This document shows, one piece after another, positions 48,707 through 59,247 of a DNA stretch of 64,000 nt. How positions within the stretch are numbered: position 1 is the first letter of the stretch; the number at the start of each line of letters is the position of its first letter. Below the pieces are notes generated by a model. It worked only from the letters and a program-made list of their open reading frames with translations. It was not told where the DNA came from and searched no databases. Source of the stretch: an uncultured Muribaculaceae bacterium (GTDB lineage: Bacteria; Bacteroidota; Bacteroidia; Bacteroidales; UBA932); the NCBI GenBank assembly GCA_964533215.1, contig CAZHLJ010000004.1, positions 191,587-255,586 of the forward strand, written 5' to 3'. The position numbers and the translations under genes are program-made.

Positions 48707-51190
48707 CACATTGGGGTGATCCAGATAGGTAAGCCTTTGGACAAAGTCAATCCTGATAAACCTGAATATATTTGAAATTCCAAAACCTACCTCAACATAA
48801 GGCTTGCCTCCAAGGGCAAATGTAGTTGGGTTTCCGTATTTGTCAACAGGAAACTTCATCAGGTCTGAATTGAAGTCAGGATTATTCGATTTGCTCAGAC
48901 CACCATACAAAACCTTACATGTAACGATTTCCCTCAGGCTAAGTTTTTTTATCAGCGGAAGCTTGTTGAATATAAATCCATTAAAACAGTGGTCTACGTT
49001 AAGTGAAGTGTATTGGTCACTGACGAACTCAAGGAAATTCATCAAGTTATATGCTATAGACTGATAATAATATGTCTGATTGGCATTGTGTATAGTCAGC
49101 AGAGGGTAGGGAACCTCTCCTAAAAGCTTTCCTGCTTCCCAGGTAACCGCAGTATAACCAATCAGCGCAGGGAAGAATTTCTTGGAGATGCTTAATTTGA
49201 AGGAACTGTAGTTATAGTCGTTGCCAATCAGCTTGGATCCATTTGTAAATTTAAATTGCAACACCGGATATTTGCTGGTTACAGGATCTCTGAACATTTT
49301 CCCTTGATAGAATTTTTCATGCGGGGCATAACGTAAGTTCAGGCTGACCTCCGAAATGTCAATAGGACTGAATTTCAGTGAGCCTCCCGGTGACTGACGC
49401 GTATAATTGTAGCCAAGTGCATAGGAGAAATGATTTTCGAATTCATTCAGATATTCAGCCTTGAAGGTCCTGTTATAAAAAAGCTTGTCATCCACACCCC
49501 TTTTGACAGACATCAAAGCATTGCCCTCCTGCACAAAATAGAGCTCCTGACCTGGGATTTTAGTATCCTGCTGATAGTTCAGCTTAAGGCTTTTTACCGG
49601 GAAATCGTATACTGTCTTATCTGTGAATGAATAGCTTGCCCCAATGTTGTACTTATATTTCTTATCTTTAAATCCGTATGCCAGGTAGCCATCGAAAATT
49701 AATTTCTTGTTTAGCTTTGGAGTAGTACGCCCACCAAATTTTATCCTTGTACCCTCTATCTGATTATAACTATAGAATGTGGCGATAGGACCTATTTCAA
49801 AAGGTCCGAAGTCGTGAAAACCCGCAATTGCAATTCTAAAGGCATCCATTGTACGTTTGAAAGCCGGCACCTGTTGCAGACTATCCATTGTGCTGTATAT
49901 TCCCTGCTCGGATTGTGTAAGCTGGACAAATCTGTTTTCCTCCCAATAGGCATCAGACTTCTGAACCTCATCAAGCTTTGGGGAAGATGAGCTAAAGAGA
50001 TTATCGTTTATCTCTTTATTTATCTCATAATTTTTGTATGTTACACTCCTTTGCCCGAAAATCCCCAGACCATTCTGGTTGAATCCAAAGTCAACAGAAA
50101 ACTCGTCGTTGGTAAGTACCCAGCCTTGCTGAAGAGTGTTTTCAAACTCCTGGGCTATCTTTACGTCCTTCACCCAGTTAAGATTGATATTCTTATTTAC
50201 ACCCATGTCAATTTTTCTTAATGCATAAGAGCCATCAAGCGTTATGAACATATATCCTTGGAAAAGCATGTCAGTCTTGTTTCTTGGAGTAAAAAACAGC
50301 CTGGCACACTTAATATCAGCTATATCAACAGTATCGACTATGTAATATCTGTAAAAGATAGGAGCAGACTTTGCTATCGGACTTAAAAACTGGTTTGTGA
50401 GAAAGATTACGTTGTTGTCGTAAATATTTATATTCTGATAGAGATACCTTAAATAGGCAGTGATGCCCTCATTACTAAGATAGCCTTTGAAATCCACCAT
50501 TTTGTCTGCCAGAATTATCTCTTTTGATGCTTTTGGTGATTTCCTGTAGTAACAGTCCGAGATTGTCTCCTTGATATAGAGTGGAAGCACCTCTTTACCT
50601 GGCTGTTTTGTTGTATCTATGTTATCAAATACAAACCTGAACTTTTTAAGAGCCTTGCTCTTTTTGACAGATTCAGAGATATTGCTTATAGCAAACTGCA
50701 CCTTATCGTATTTCCCATACTTAAGGAAATCGAAATTTTCATTCCTGTTGTTATCCTTGTTGGCAATAACGCTGTCTATCAATGATACGGCTGGATTGTT
50801 CTTGTTTCTGTATCTTACTTTCCGTGCTTTTACCACCACTTCGTCAAGTTCTGTAAGGGAAGATGTAAGGCTTACTTTGATTAAATCTGTAGAACCATTG
50901 AATATCTTAACAATCTCTGTTTCATAGCCCACACGGGATACTCTCAGACTTGGGTTTGGGATATTTGTAGATAATAAAAAGTTCCCTTCCGAATCAGTTG
51001 TCGTCCCTTCTGTAACTCCGTTTGTCGTACTCTCAACTACAACAGCAGCAGCCGGAATAGGACTATTTGTCTGACCATCAACTACAATTCCTTTTAAAAC
51101 AGTTTTTTTTACCTGCTGCCCATTTACATGAGAGATGCCTATAAAAAGGCAAATAAGCACAAGCAAGCATTCTCTGGTTTTAGTAATCAT
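48665..51190 (-). CDS. DUF5686-like outer-membrane protein with carboxypeptidase-regulatory-like N-terminal domain
   Basis: Signal peptide, GTTTDSEGNF/GYE domain, NPA motif, FLSPIA, YRYYIVD, YNQIEG, PYVEVGFGISNIF motifs; ATG at 51190. Confidence 0.8.
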   Translation of the reverse strand: MITKTRECLLVLICLFIGISHVNGQQVKKTVLKGIVVDGQTNSPIPAAAVVVESTTNGVTEGTTTDSEGNFLLSTNIPNPSLRVSRVGYETEIVKIFNGSTDLIKVSLTSSLTELDEVVVKARKVRYRNKNNPAVSLIDSVIANKDNNRNENFDFLKYGKYDKVQFAISNISESVKKSKALKKFRFVFDNIDTTKQPGKEVLPLYIKETISDCYYRKSPKASKEIILADKMVDFKGYLSNEGITAYLRYLYQNINIYDNNVIFLTNQFLSPIAKSAPIFYRYYIVDTVDIADIKCARLFFTPRNKTDMLFQGYMFITLDGSYALRKIDMGVNKNINLNWVKDVKIAQEFENTLQQGWVLTNDEFSVDFGFNQNGLGIFGQRSVTYKNYEINKEINDNLFSSSSPKLDEVQKSDAYWEENRFVQLTQSEQGIYSTMDSLQQVPAFKRTMDAFRIAIAGFHDFGPFEIGPIATFYSYNQIEGTRIKFGGRTTPKLNKKLIFDGYLAYGFKDKKYKYNIGASYSFTDKTVYDFPVKSLKLNYQQDTKIPGQELYFVQEGNALMSVKRGVDDKLFYNRTFKAEYLNEFENHFSYALGYNYTRQSPGGSLKFSPIDISEVSLNLRYAPHEKFYQGKMFRDPVTSKYPVLQFKFTNGSKLIGNDYNYSSFKLSISKKFFPALIGYTAVTWEAGKLLGEVPYPLLTIHNANQTYYYQSIAYNLMNFLEFVSDQYTSLNVDHCFNGFIFNKLPLIKKLSLREIVTCKVLYGGLSKSNNPDFNSDLMKFPVDKYGNPTTFALGGKPYVEVGFGISNIFRFIRIDFVQRLTYLDHPNVSKTGVRMMFKFDI

Positions 51191-51271
51191 AATTCTTAAC
51201 CCGCAAATTTTAGTGAGGTAATTCAATGTTGCAATAACTGTTCCATCCAACATTATGTCAGGTTCTTTTGC

Positions 51272-51314
51272 AAAAAATACTGAGACCTGTCAAAATTGCT
51301 TCTGACAGGTCTCA
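51272..51314 (-). terminator. Intrinsic terminator
   Basis: Perfect 12-bp stem TGAGACCTGTCA/TGACAGGTCTCA with GTATTTTTT on the minus strand. Confidence 0.8.
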
Positions 51315-51346
51315 ATATTTAATTTTTCTGCTAAGTTATGCCTTAT

Positions 51347-52195
51347 CTAAATGGCTTCGGTTTTAGCCACTACCTTTACACTCTGTGTCATTGGAATAGT
51401 CATGTTCTGTTGTCCTGTCACAGAAATCGTAGTATTCATCTCAGTAACGCCATCATTATAAACCACTATGGAGAGAGCCGGATCGAAATAAAAGAAGCCT
51501 TTGGTAACGCCTGATCCTTCCATAACCAAATCCATTCCCATCTGATTTCCCTTACCGGCTATGTCAAGAGTTCCTGTATAGGAAATTCTGTAAAGCTCCT
51601 TACCATCTTTCTGTTCCTTGCCTACAAAAGTATATTTTGTATCAGTTGCTGTTGTCATGAAAGTGATAGGATTGGCACCTCCTTCAGGAGAAGAGATGGT
51701 GTCAACCTGTTTATCCTGCCATATTTCGCCGGATTTTACAATCCTTTTTGGCAGTTGTGTCAGTTTTATGTAATTTTTTACAGTGGATGCATCCTTTCCT
51801 TCACTGTCAATCAGTTTTTCAGATATAGATTTGCCATCCGGGGAGAATACAACAGAGATATTATTATTCTTAAAATCCTCTTTCTTTACCATTGGCTCCC
51901 CACCGGTAGGCACAGTCACAGACGAAGAACCTTGCACGGAAATCAAAGATGTGGCATTTCCCTGGTTGTCAACCTTGATAAACTTTAAATCCGACGATAG
52001 AGAGACATCTGCAAGTACCTTCATCTCCTGTCCCATCATAGACTGGACGGTAGAAGTGGTAACTGTTGTAGTTGTGCGGAATGTCTTACCTTCCTTGAAA
52101 TTATACTTGAGCATTGCAGACTCCTGGCCATAGAGGGCTGCGCAGAAAATAGATAATGTTAAAAATATGGACATTGTGGAAAATAACTTTTTCAT
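51347..52195 (-). CDS. Exported hypothetical protein (DUF6263-like)
   Basis: Signal peptide; LKYNFKEG, MMGQ, LP..V..G..W motifs; beta-rich. Confidence 0.6.
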   Translation of the reverse strand: MKKLFSTMSIFLTLSIFCAALYGQESAMLKYNFKEGKTFRTTTTVTTSTVQSMMGQEMKVLADVSLSSDLKFIKVDNQGNATSLISVQGSSSVTVPTGGEPMVKKEDFKNNNISVVFSPDGKSISEKLIDSEGKDASTVKNYIKLTQLPKRIVKSGEIWQDKQVDTISSPEGGANPITFMTTATDTKYTFVGKEQKDGKELYRISYTGTLDIAGKGNQMGMDLVMEGSGVTKGFFYFDPALSIVVYNDGVTEMNTTISVTGQQNMTIPMTQSVKVVAKTEAI

Positions 52196-52219
52196 AGTAA
52201 TCTTATATTAAATTATTGA

Positions 52220-53791
52220 TTATTTGCTTATTATCTTATATCGTTTATCCTCGTTTGCCATAATCCTGACAGTCCTGTATACCAGACGAGTTATCCTTGC
52301 TGCCTTATTATGGTCTATTCTGTCTGGATTGTCCAGAACAGTATGATAATCTTTGTGAAGTCCTGCGAAAACATCCACGGAAGAGATTCCCTTTATGAAA
52401 AAGCTATGGTGGTCACTACTCCCGGAAAATTCATCCCCTGTCGGTATATATTTCAATCCTATCTTCTCATTCTCCTTTAACATTATTGCCGCTATATCAG
52501 GGTTTACATCAGCCCCCTCAATCTGGAGAGTATCTTTTCCATTCCGGCTTATCATATCCAGGTTTAGCATTGCTACCGTCTTATCCAGAGGCAAAAGCGG
52601 ATGACTGCAATAATATGAAGATCCTACTAGTCCCATCTCCTCACCAGCAAAGAGAATGAAAAGAATACTACGGCGTGGGGCTTTCCTTTGGACTGACAGG
52701 GCTTTGGCAACGGTCATCACTCCGGCAGTACCAGAGGCGTTGTCATCTGCTCCGTTATAGATATAATCTTCGCCCTCTCTATGTGTCCTATTCACACCTA
52801 CATGGTCATAGTGTCCGCCTATGACTATAATTTCGTCTCTTAACCTGCTGTCGGATCCTCTGATGTAACCAACCACATTACTTGCATAGGTGCGGTTTAT
52901 AATAAGCTTTACGGACAAATGGCAGTTGCTTTCTTTTATTGCAAATGAGTTTGGTTTCAAAGTATGGTCAATAGACTCCTGAATTGTTTTAAGTGAGTCT
53001 ACACTTCCAAAAAGATGATCTATTACACCCTCTCCTACCTGAACGACAGTAAGGGCACTGCTGTCCCTTTCATCCAGAACAAAAGGAAGATTATCCTTAT
53101 CCTGAGAGAAAAATTTAGAAAGACTAGGCCAGGAATAACCTTGAGGTTTTAACATCATATGGTTCAGCGGGTCTGTCATTAGAAGCACTCCAACAGCTCC
53201 GTGTATCTTTGCATTTTTTACTTTGTTTGTAAGAAGAGAGTGTCTTGTCTCTTTGACCCCTTGAAAAACGGATGCCGAGTCATTCTCTCCGGGCTCATGC
53301 TTGAGAACCAGAACAATTTTACCTTTAACATCCACTCCGGCATAGTCATCATAGTTATATTCAGGAGCCGTAATACCATAACCCACAAATACTATATCTG
53401 CATTTACTGGTCTGCCGGGATTCATATCATCAGAGACTCCAAATGGGATATAATCTGTCTTTAGCTGAAAATCACGTCCGCCTATCTTTAATAGAGTATT
53501 CTTAATGTCCAGGTTTTGCGTGCAAAAGGCAATTGGCTGAAAGTAACTCCCCGCTACTTTCTGCAGGCCATATTTTTCGAAATGAGCCGCTATGTACTCT
53601 GCAGCCATATCCAACTCCTTGCTTGGTGTCTTTCTGCCTTTGAGAGAATCTGACGCCAGGAAATCCACATACTCCTTAATGGTCTGTGGTGTAATTTGTT
53701 TTTCGCCCCTGTCTGGCCTCTGAGAATATATAGTCTCGGAGGTGTAAATAAATAGCAGGAAAACAATAGCTATTTTGAATATATTTTTCAT
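52220..53791 (-). CDS. M28 family metallopeptidase with PA domain
   Basis: LASDSLKGR, PA domain FVGYGI..DDY, GGHYDH, NGADDNASG, GEE, NLDM, SDH, DYH motifs. Confidence 0.92.
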   Translation of the reverse strand: MKNIFKIAIVFLLFIYTSETIYSQRPDRGEKQITPQTIKEYVDFLASDSLKGRKTPSKELDMAAEYIAAHFEKYGLQKVAGSYFQPIAFCTQNLDIKNTLLKIGGRDFQLKTDYIPFGVSDDMNPGRPVNADIVFVGYGITAPEYNYDDYAGVDVKGKIVLVLKHEPGENDSASVFQGVKETRHSLLTNKVKNAKIHGAVGVLLMTDPLNHMMLKPQGYSWPSLSKFFSQDKDNLPFVLDERDSSALTVVQVGEGVIDHLFGSVDSLKTIQESIDHTLKPNSFAIKESNCHLSVKLIINRTYASNVVGYIRGSDSRLRDEIIVIGGHYDHVGVNRTHREGEDYIYNGADDNASGTAGVMTVAKALSVQRKAPRRSILFILFAGEEMGLVGSSYYCSHPLLPLDKTVAMLNLDMISRNGKDTLQIEGADVNPDIAAIMLKENEKIGLKYIPTGDEFSGSSDHHSFFIKGISSVDVFAGLHKDYHTVLDNPDRIDHNKAARITRLVYRTVRIMANEDKRYKIISK

Positions 53792-53835
53792 ATAATGAGT
53801 TACTTAAAGCGTGGTAAATGTAGGTATTTGTTTTT

Positions 53836-53948
53836 ATCTGTCCAAGTCATTCGTAGCATCAATCAGATAATCAGCAATTTAATCGTTATTGGCTATTTGC
53901 ATTAATATGCTGAATTACTGTCAGTTGCCCCGAACGACTTGGACAAAT
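53836..53948 (-). other. Long imperfect hairpin (~110 nt): candidate structured RNA or MITE-like element
   Basis: TGTCCAAGTCATTCG (53839-53853) pairs with CGAACGACTTGGACA (53931-53945); pairing continues inward; several mismatches are G-U on the minus strand. Confidence 0.6.
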
Positions 53949-53991
53949 CGTGTGTTTTCCTTAACTTCGTACTTTAATATGGAATACAACC

Positions 53992-55254
53992 ATGATCGAA
54001 AATCAAATTACTACTAACGCAACAGCGCTTTTTGGAGTGGTAGATGCTATAAATAAGCTTCTTGTAAACTACGGGGTCTCTCAGGAATTTGCCTCATGGC
54101 TGGATGAGATCATTAGTGTCAGTTTACTTTTTTTAATAGTCTACATTACAGACCTGATAGGAAGATATATCATCCATAGGGTCGTCATGCATTTGGCAAA
54201 AATGACCAAGTCCAACCTTGACGACATTATGATGGAGAAGAACGTATTCAGGTATATGATCCACATATTACCGGGAATCGTATTTTACTTATGTGCCCCT
54301 ATCGCAATCAACTCTGCTCTTTGGGTGATAATATTTAGAAAGGCAACCCTTATATTCATTGTCATTCAAATAATAAGAGCAATTCATGCTGCAGGAGAGT
54401 CGATGACTCAGTTTTACAGTGAATCACAAAGTTACTCCCAGAAACCAGTCAAAGTAATATTCCAGGTGATTTCTGTAATTGCCTATTTTGTTGGAGGAAT
54501 TGCTATTCTGAGTATTTTGATAAATACTTCGCTGACCACTCTTTTTGCTAGCTTGGGAGCATTTGCCGCAGTGATATTGCTCATATTCAAGGACAGCATT
54601 CTTGGCTTCGTGGCAGGCTGGCAACTCTCGTCAAACGATATGCTACGGAAGGGCGACTGGATAACCGTCCCAAAATTCGGAGCAGATGGCAATGTTGAGG
54701 AGATAAGCCTTTACTCTGTCAAGGTCCGCAACTTTGACAATACGATAACCACCATTCCCCCATACTCCCTTATAAGTGACTCATTCCAGAACTGGAGAGG
54801 AATGCAGGAGTCGGACGGTAGGAGAATAAAACGATCTATAAGCATCGACATGTCCAGCATCTGCTTCTGCACCCCGGAAATGATAGAGAAGTTCCGCAAG
54901 ATACAATACCTGACTGATTATATAGACAGGACTGAAGAAAATCTGAGAAAATACAATGAGGAGCACCATACAGACAACTCCATTCTTGTAAACGGCAAAC
55001 GTCAGACAAACATTGGGGTTTTCAGAGCCTACTTGCAGAACTATCTGGCAAGCCATCCTGACGTAAACCACGACCTCACATGCATGGTCCGCCAGCTACA
55101 ATCAACCGAAAAAGGAGTGGCCATCGAGCTCTACTTCTTTACCAGAATCAAGGATTGGACCTACTATGAGAATGTACAGTCAGATATTTTTGATCACGTA
55201 ATGGCCATCACGGAACAGTTTGGCCTTAAGATATTCCAGTACAGGTGCTTGTAG
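53992..55254 (+). CDS. Mechanosensitive channel, MscS family (YbdG/MscM-like)
   Basis: FKDSILGFVAG, GDWI..P, ADG.V, VRNFDNTITTIP, NWRGM, GRRIKRSI motifs. Confidence 0.92.
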   Translation: MIENQITTNATALFGVVDAINKLLVNYGVSQEFASWLDEIISVSLLFLIVYITDLIGRYIIHRVVMHLAKMTKSNLDDIMMEKNVFRYMIHILPGIVFYLCAPIAINSALWVIIFRKATLIFIVIQIIRAIHAAGESMTQFYSESQSYSQKPVKVIFQVISVIAYFVGGIAILSILINTSLTTLFASLGAFAAVILLIFKDSILGFVAGWQLSSNDMLRKGDWITVPKFGADGNVEEISLYSVKVRNFDNTITTIPPYSLISDSFQNWRGMQESDGRRIKRSISIDMSSICFCTPEMIEKFRKIQYLTDYIDRTEENLRKYNEEHHTDNSILVNGKRQTNIGVFRAYLQNYLASHPDVNHDLTCMVRQLQSTEKGVAIELYFFTRIKDWTYYENVQSDIFDHVMAITEQFGLKIFQYRCL

Positions 55255-55289
55255 CCTTAGCTCCTAAGAGAAAGCAAATTGTGTGAAGA

Positions 55290-56408
55290 CTACTTTAAGT
55301 ACTTCACAAACTCGTCGGCATAGCGCATGAAGCCGAGGTCAGTCATGTGGACCCCATCTACGGTGGCCTCATTGTCGTTACCTATCAGCTTGTTCCCAGG
55401 AATATAGTATACGTTATTGTGCTTTTCTTTTCTTAGCTTTTCGTACAGATTTCTCCATTCACTATTCTCCTCATCTAGCTCGGTCTTGACCTTCTGGTCA
55501 AATTTCAGATAAGGGAAACGGGGATTCTCAACCATGTAGATTTTCACAGAAGGCTTGGCGTCAAGAATCATATGAATGAAGTTGTATGCACTATCCCTTA
55601 CAATCTGAGCAGTGCAGTTAGGCAGGCAGTCCAACACTACAGTCCCTGCATTCACCTTTATTATTGCCTTTGCCATAGATTTGTCCATCCTTCCGTTACC
55701 GGAGAACCCAAGGTTGATTGTCTCCCTCTGCAACTTTCTACCGACTATTGCAGTATACTCCATGCCAGGACGTGAAGCACATCCGCCCTGAGTAATGCTG
55801 GTACCGTAGAAAAGAATGGCATTGCCTTTGTCCTCTTTCAGCAGAACGCTTTTCTGCGGCATACCAATATTAGCAGAAGAATCCACACCAATCGAGACCT
55901 TTTCGACACCATCATATAGCGGCAGATAAGCAATATATTCCCTCTGCCTTGCAACCATATTCTTTACAAACACAGCAGTGCTCTCCTTGCCTTTGGGCCG
56001 GGCTGTACCCATGTAATACCAATGGCCATCATCTTCCAGAGTATATAAATCCATCCCTTTTATGCCGGTGGATGGCATATGATCCATGGAAAAATTATTC
56101 ATAACTGTCCACTTGGCAGATATTGCAGTGCTGTTGGACGAGAACCTTATAGCCAGCCCGGCCGAATTCTTGCCAAGACTCCATAACTCAGGACGGAACT
56201 CACTCTTCTGATCAACCGGAAGACGAGTAAAGTAAGAATCAGTATTATCAAAGCCTTTTCCCAACAGCATCAGCTCGCTGGCATCTTTATACTTCATCTG
56301 GTCTGCTGTCTGCGCGTTAATCTGCTCCGAAGAGAGAAAGCAAATTAAATATATCAGCATCATTGCCGGCATCGCCAGCATCTGTGCATTTTTTTTCCCT
56401 AACTCCAT
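55290..56408 (-). CDS. SGNH/GDSL hydrolase with GxDLY N-terminal domain
   Basis: GMDLY, YGTSITQG, NLGFSGNG, DGVH motifs; signal peptide. Confidence 0.9.
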   Translation of the reverse strand: MELGKKNAQMLAMPAMMLIYLICFLSSEQINAQTADQMKYKDASELMLLGKGFDNTDSYFTRLPVDQKSEFRPELWSLGKNSAGLAIRFSSNSTAISAKWTVMNNFSMDHMPSTGIKGMDLYTLEDDGHWYYMGTARPKGKESTAVFVKNMVARQREYIAYLPLYDGVEKVSIGVDSSANIGMPQKSVLLKEDKGNAILFYGTSITQGGCASRPGMEYTAIVGRKLQRETINLGFSGNGRMDKSMAKAIIKVNAGTVVLDCLPNCTAQIVRDSAYNFIHMILDAKPSVKIYMVENPRFPYLKFDQKVKTELDEENSEWRNLYEKLRKEKHNNVYYIPGNKLIGNDNEATVDGVHMTDLGFMRYADEFVKYLK

Positions 56409-56429
56409 TCTACTATTTTACTTAAATTT

Positions 56430-57866
56430 TTATTCTTTACTTTTAACAAACTTGCTTAAAAACAATATCAGTACAGAAGCAGCAATAACTAACCCGACTA
56501 TATTACCGAAGTAAGGACTCAGACTAAGTCCTCCAGCCTTGTTAGGAGCAACTATAAAATAAGAGACACATATCATGGTAAGAAAAGTGGCAGGAACTGA
56601 CATGATCCAGTGAGGCTTCTTGACAGTTACGGCGTAAGCAGCAGCAGTCCACAAAACTATTGTTGCAAGCACCTGATTGATTATTCCCACATATTTCCAT
56701 ATAGTGGAAAAGTCGAGGTTACACAATACATAAGCAATTACGAACATCGGCACAGCCAGGACTAACCTGTTCTTCATAGGTTTCTGCGGATATCTGAAAG
56801 CATCGCCCAGAAGCAATCTCAACCCTCTGAAGGCAGTATCACCAGAGGTGATCGGGCATACAACAACCCCGAGAATCGCGATTACGGCGCCAAAGCGTCC
56901 AAGCCATGAGTTACATATCTCATTTACAATAATTGCCGGAGTCTTACCCCCGTCAGCAGCTAGGTTCAGCCCCTCGGTACCGCCGAAATATGAGATAGCA
57001 GCAGTAGCCCAAATAAGAGTCACAATGCCTTCACAAATCATTGCTCCGTAGAAACAAGGACGACCATATTTTTCATCCGCCATGCACCTGGCCATCATCG
57101 GCGACTGGGTTGCATGGAACCCCGATATTGCCCCACATGATATCACGACGAACATCATAGGAATCAGAATATTCACGCCGGGATTTGAGTGCATGTTCCG
57201 GAAAGAGTCAATTGACAGTTCCTGCATTGTGAGCGACCCGTCAAAGCTCTTGAAAAGCATTGCGCCACCAATTCCAAAAGCCATGAACAAAAGTATGGCA
57301 CCAAAAAACGGATATATCTTACCAATAATCTTATCAATAGGTAAAAGGGTCGCAATTATGTAATATAAGAATATTATGTAGAGCCAGAAAGTCATTTTCA
57401 TGCCGGTAAGAACCGACATCAGATCTGCGGGCCCGTTGACAAACGCTACACCAACCGCCATCAGCAGAAAGGATGTAACTATTACCATTACCTTCTTCAC
57501 GTTTGTTCCAAGATATTTACCAACCATGTCCGGTAAACTTTTCCCATCATTCCTTATTGAAAGCATACCGGAAAAATAGTCATGAGCAGCCCCCATGAAA
57601 ATACATCCAACAACAATCCAGATATAGGCCATCGGCCCGTAAGCCGCACCCATTATGGCACCAAAGATAGGCCCCAGACCGGCGATGTTCAGAAACTGGA
57701 TGATAAAGATCCTCCAGGGTTTAAGCTCAACATAATCCACTCCATCGGCAAGTCTTTTAACCGGTGTAAGTTTCGCGGAAGAGGCTCCGAAAAAACGTTC
57801 GACGAATTTGCCATAAAAAACATATCCTCCTATAAGGATAAGTGTAAATACGATAAAAGTAATCAT
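56430..57866 (-). CDS. cstA: Carbon starvation protein A family transporter
   Basis: DGVDYV, QFLNIAGLGPIFGA, CGAISGFHATQSP, PITSGDTAFR motifs. Confidence 0.92.
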   Translation of the reverse strand: MITFIVFTLILIGGYVFYGKFVERFFGASSAKLTPVKRLADGVDYVELKPWRIFIIQFLNIAGLGPIFGAIMGAAYGPMAYIWIVVGCIFMGAAHDYFSGMLSIRNDGKSLPDMVGKYLGTNVKKVMVIVTSFLLMAVGVAFVNGPADLMSVLTGMKMTFWLYIIFLYYIIATLLPIDKIIGKIYPFFGAILLFMAFGIGGAMLFKSFDGSLTMQELSIDSFRNMHSNPGVNILIPMMFVVISCGAISGFHATQSPMMARCMADEKYGRPCFYGAMICEGIVTLIWATAAISYFGGTEGLNLAADGGKTPAIIVNEICNSWLGRFGAVIAILGVVVCPITSGDTAFRGLRLLLGDAFRYPQKPMKNRLVLAVPMFVIAYVLCNLDFSTIWKYVGIINQVLATIVLWTAAAYAVTVKKPHWIMSVPATFLTMICVSYFIVAPNKAGGLSLSPYFGNIVGLVIAASVLILFLSKFVKSKE

Positions 57867-57894
57867 CTATATAAGTTTATATAATTTAAGCCGG

Positions 57895-58758
57895 TTAAAT
57901 CTCAATCCACTCAATCCTTACACCCCTTCTCTCCATTCCTCTGAACCATGTCATCTGCCTTTTGGCAAATTGATGTATTGCCACAGCCAATTGCTCCTCC
58001 ATCTGCCCGTATGTAAGTTTCCCGATAAGATATAGAGTTACAAATTTATATTCCAACCCATAGTATATAAGGTCATCCGGTGCTATCCCTCTGTCAAGCA
58101 GCGCCTTCACCTCCTCCACCATGCCGTTGTCGAGTCTATCCTTCAACCTTTGGTCAATCCTTGCATTTCTCACCTCCCTGCTGACCGAAATACCTATAAA
58201 GCGGGTGTTGAATTGAAGCGCCTCGCTATACTCTACGGGATTCACCTGCTGATAGAGTGCAATTTCAAGAGCCCTTATCAACCGCTTACGGCTCTCTACA
58301 TCTGTTCTGTTGTGCAAAGGTCTTAGAGCGGCGAGGCGCGAGACAAGCACTTCAGTAGGAAGAAGTTCCAACTCCTCCCGCAACATCTGATTGGGTGGGA
58401 CCTCCGGTAACGAATATCCCTTTGTTACAGACTCAATATACATACCCGTCCCACCGCATAGAATCGGTTGTCTCCCGCGTCCGACAATATCCATGTAAGC
58501 TTTTTTGAAATCCCGCTGATATTCAAATACATTGTATTTTGTACCTGCATCCACAATATCTATCAGATGATAAGGAATATCCACTCCGTTGATATGATAT
58601 TCCGAAATATCCTTGCCCGTACCAATATCCATCCCTCGATAAACCTGACGGGAGTCGGCAGAGATAATCTCGCCACCCACATCATACGCCATCTTAACGG
58701 CATATTTAGTCTTGCCCGAGGCAGTCGGACCCAATATACAGATCAAATCTTGGTTCAT
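57895..58758 (-). CDS. miaA: tRNA dimethylallyltransferase
   Basis: [34 protein letters not shown] motifs. Confidence 0.94.
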   Translation of the reverse strand: MNQDLICILGPTASGKTKYAVKMAYDVGGEIISADSRQVYRGMDIGTGKDISEYHINGVDIPYHLIDIVDAGTKYNVFEYQRDFKKAYMDIVGRGRQPILCGGTGMYIESVTKGYSLPEVPPNQMLREELELLPTEVLVSRLAALRPLHNRTDVESRKRLIRALEIALYQQVNPVEYSEALQFNTRFIGISVSREVRNARIDQRLKDRLDNGMVEEVKALLDRGIAPDDLIYYGLEYKFVTLYLIGKLTYGQMEEQLAVAIHQFAKRQMTWFRGMERRGVRIEWIEI

Positions 58759-58762
58759 TCCA

Positions 58763-58781
58763 CAAATTTACACTATTTTTG
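58763..58781. promoter_or_regulatory. Back-to-back -7 boxes for miaA and smpB
   Basis: Minus TAAATTTG (58770-58763) and plus TATTTTTG (58774-58781) within a 29-bp intergenic gap. Confidence 0.65.
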
Positions 58782-58787
58782 CATCCC

Positions 58788-59240
58788 ATGCCTAAAGCAA
58801 AGAGTAAAATAGAGATAAAAAACAAGAGAGCCTCCTTTGAATATGAATTCATTGAGAGCTTCACTGCCGGTATCGTTTTAACAGGTACCGAAATCAAGTC
58901 CATACGTGCAGGCAAGGCCTCCCTTACCGATTCTTACTGTTATTTCGTGGGGATGGAACTGTTTGCAAAAAACATACATATTGCCGACTACTGGTGGGGA
59001 ACTTTCAACAAGCATGACCCACGCAGAGACCGCAAGTTGCTTCTTACCAAGAAAGAGCTCCGCAAGCTTTTCAGAGGCTCTCGTGAAAAGGGGCTTACTA
59101 TAATTGCGACCAGACTCTTTATCGCCGAGAACGGCTATGCGAAGCTGAACATAGCTCTAGCCAAGGGTAAGCGCGAATATGACAAGCGTCACTCTATCAA
59201 AGACAAGGATATGAGACGGGCTCAGGATCGCGAGGAATAA
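58788..59240 (+). CDS. smpB: SsrA-binding protein
   Basis: [33 protein letters not shown] motifs; ATG at 58788. Confidence 0.97.
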   Translation: MPKAKSKIEIKNKRASFEYEFIESFTAGIVLTGTEIKSIRAGKASLTDSYCYFVGMELFAKNIHIADYWWGTFNKHDPRRDRKLLLTKKELRKLFRGSREKGLTIIATRLFIAENGYAKLNIALAKGKREYDKRHSIKDKDMRRAQDREE

Positions 59241-59247
59241 ATCTGCT

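Noticed and set aside
53836..53948. Hairpin as SRP RNA, integron attC site or simple terminator
   Set aside because: Lacks the SRP GGAA-loop motif and attC RYYYAAC/GTTRRRY ends; too long and placed between divergent genes
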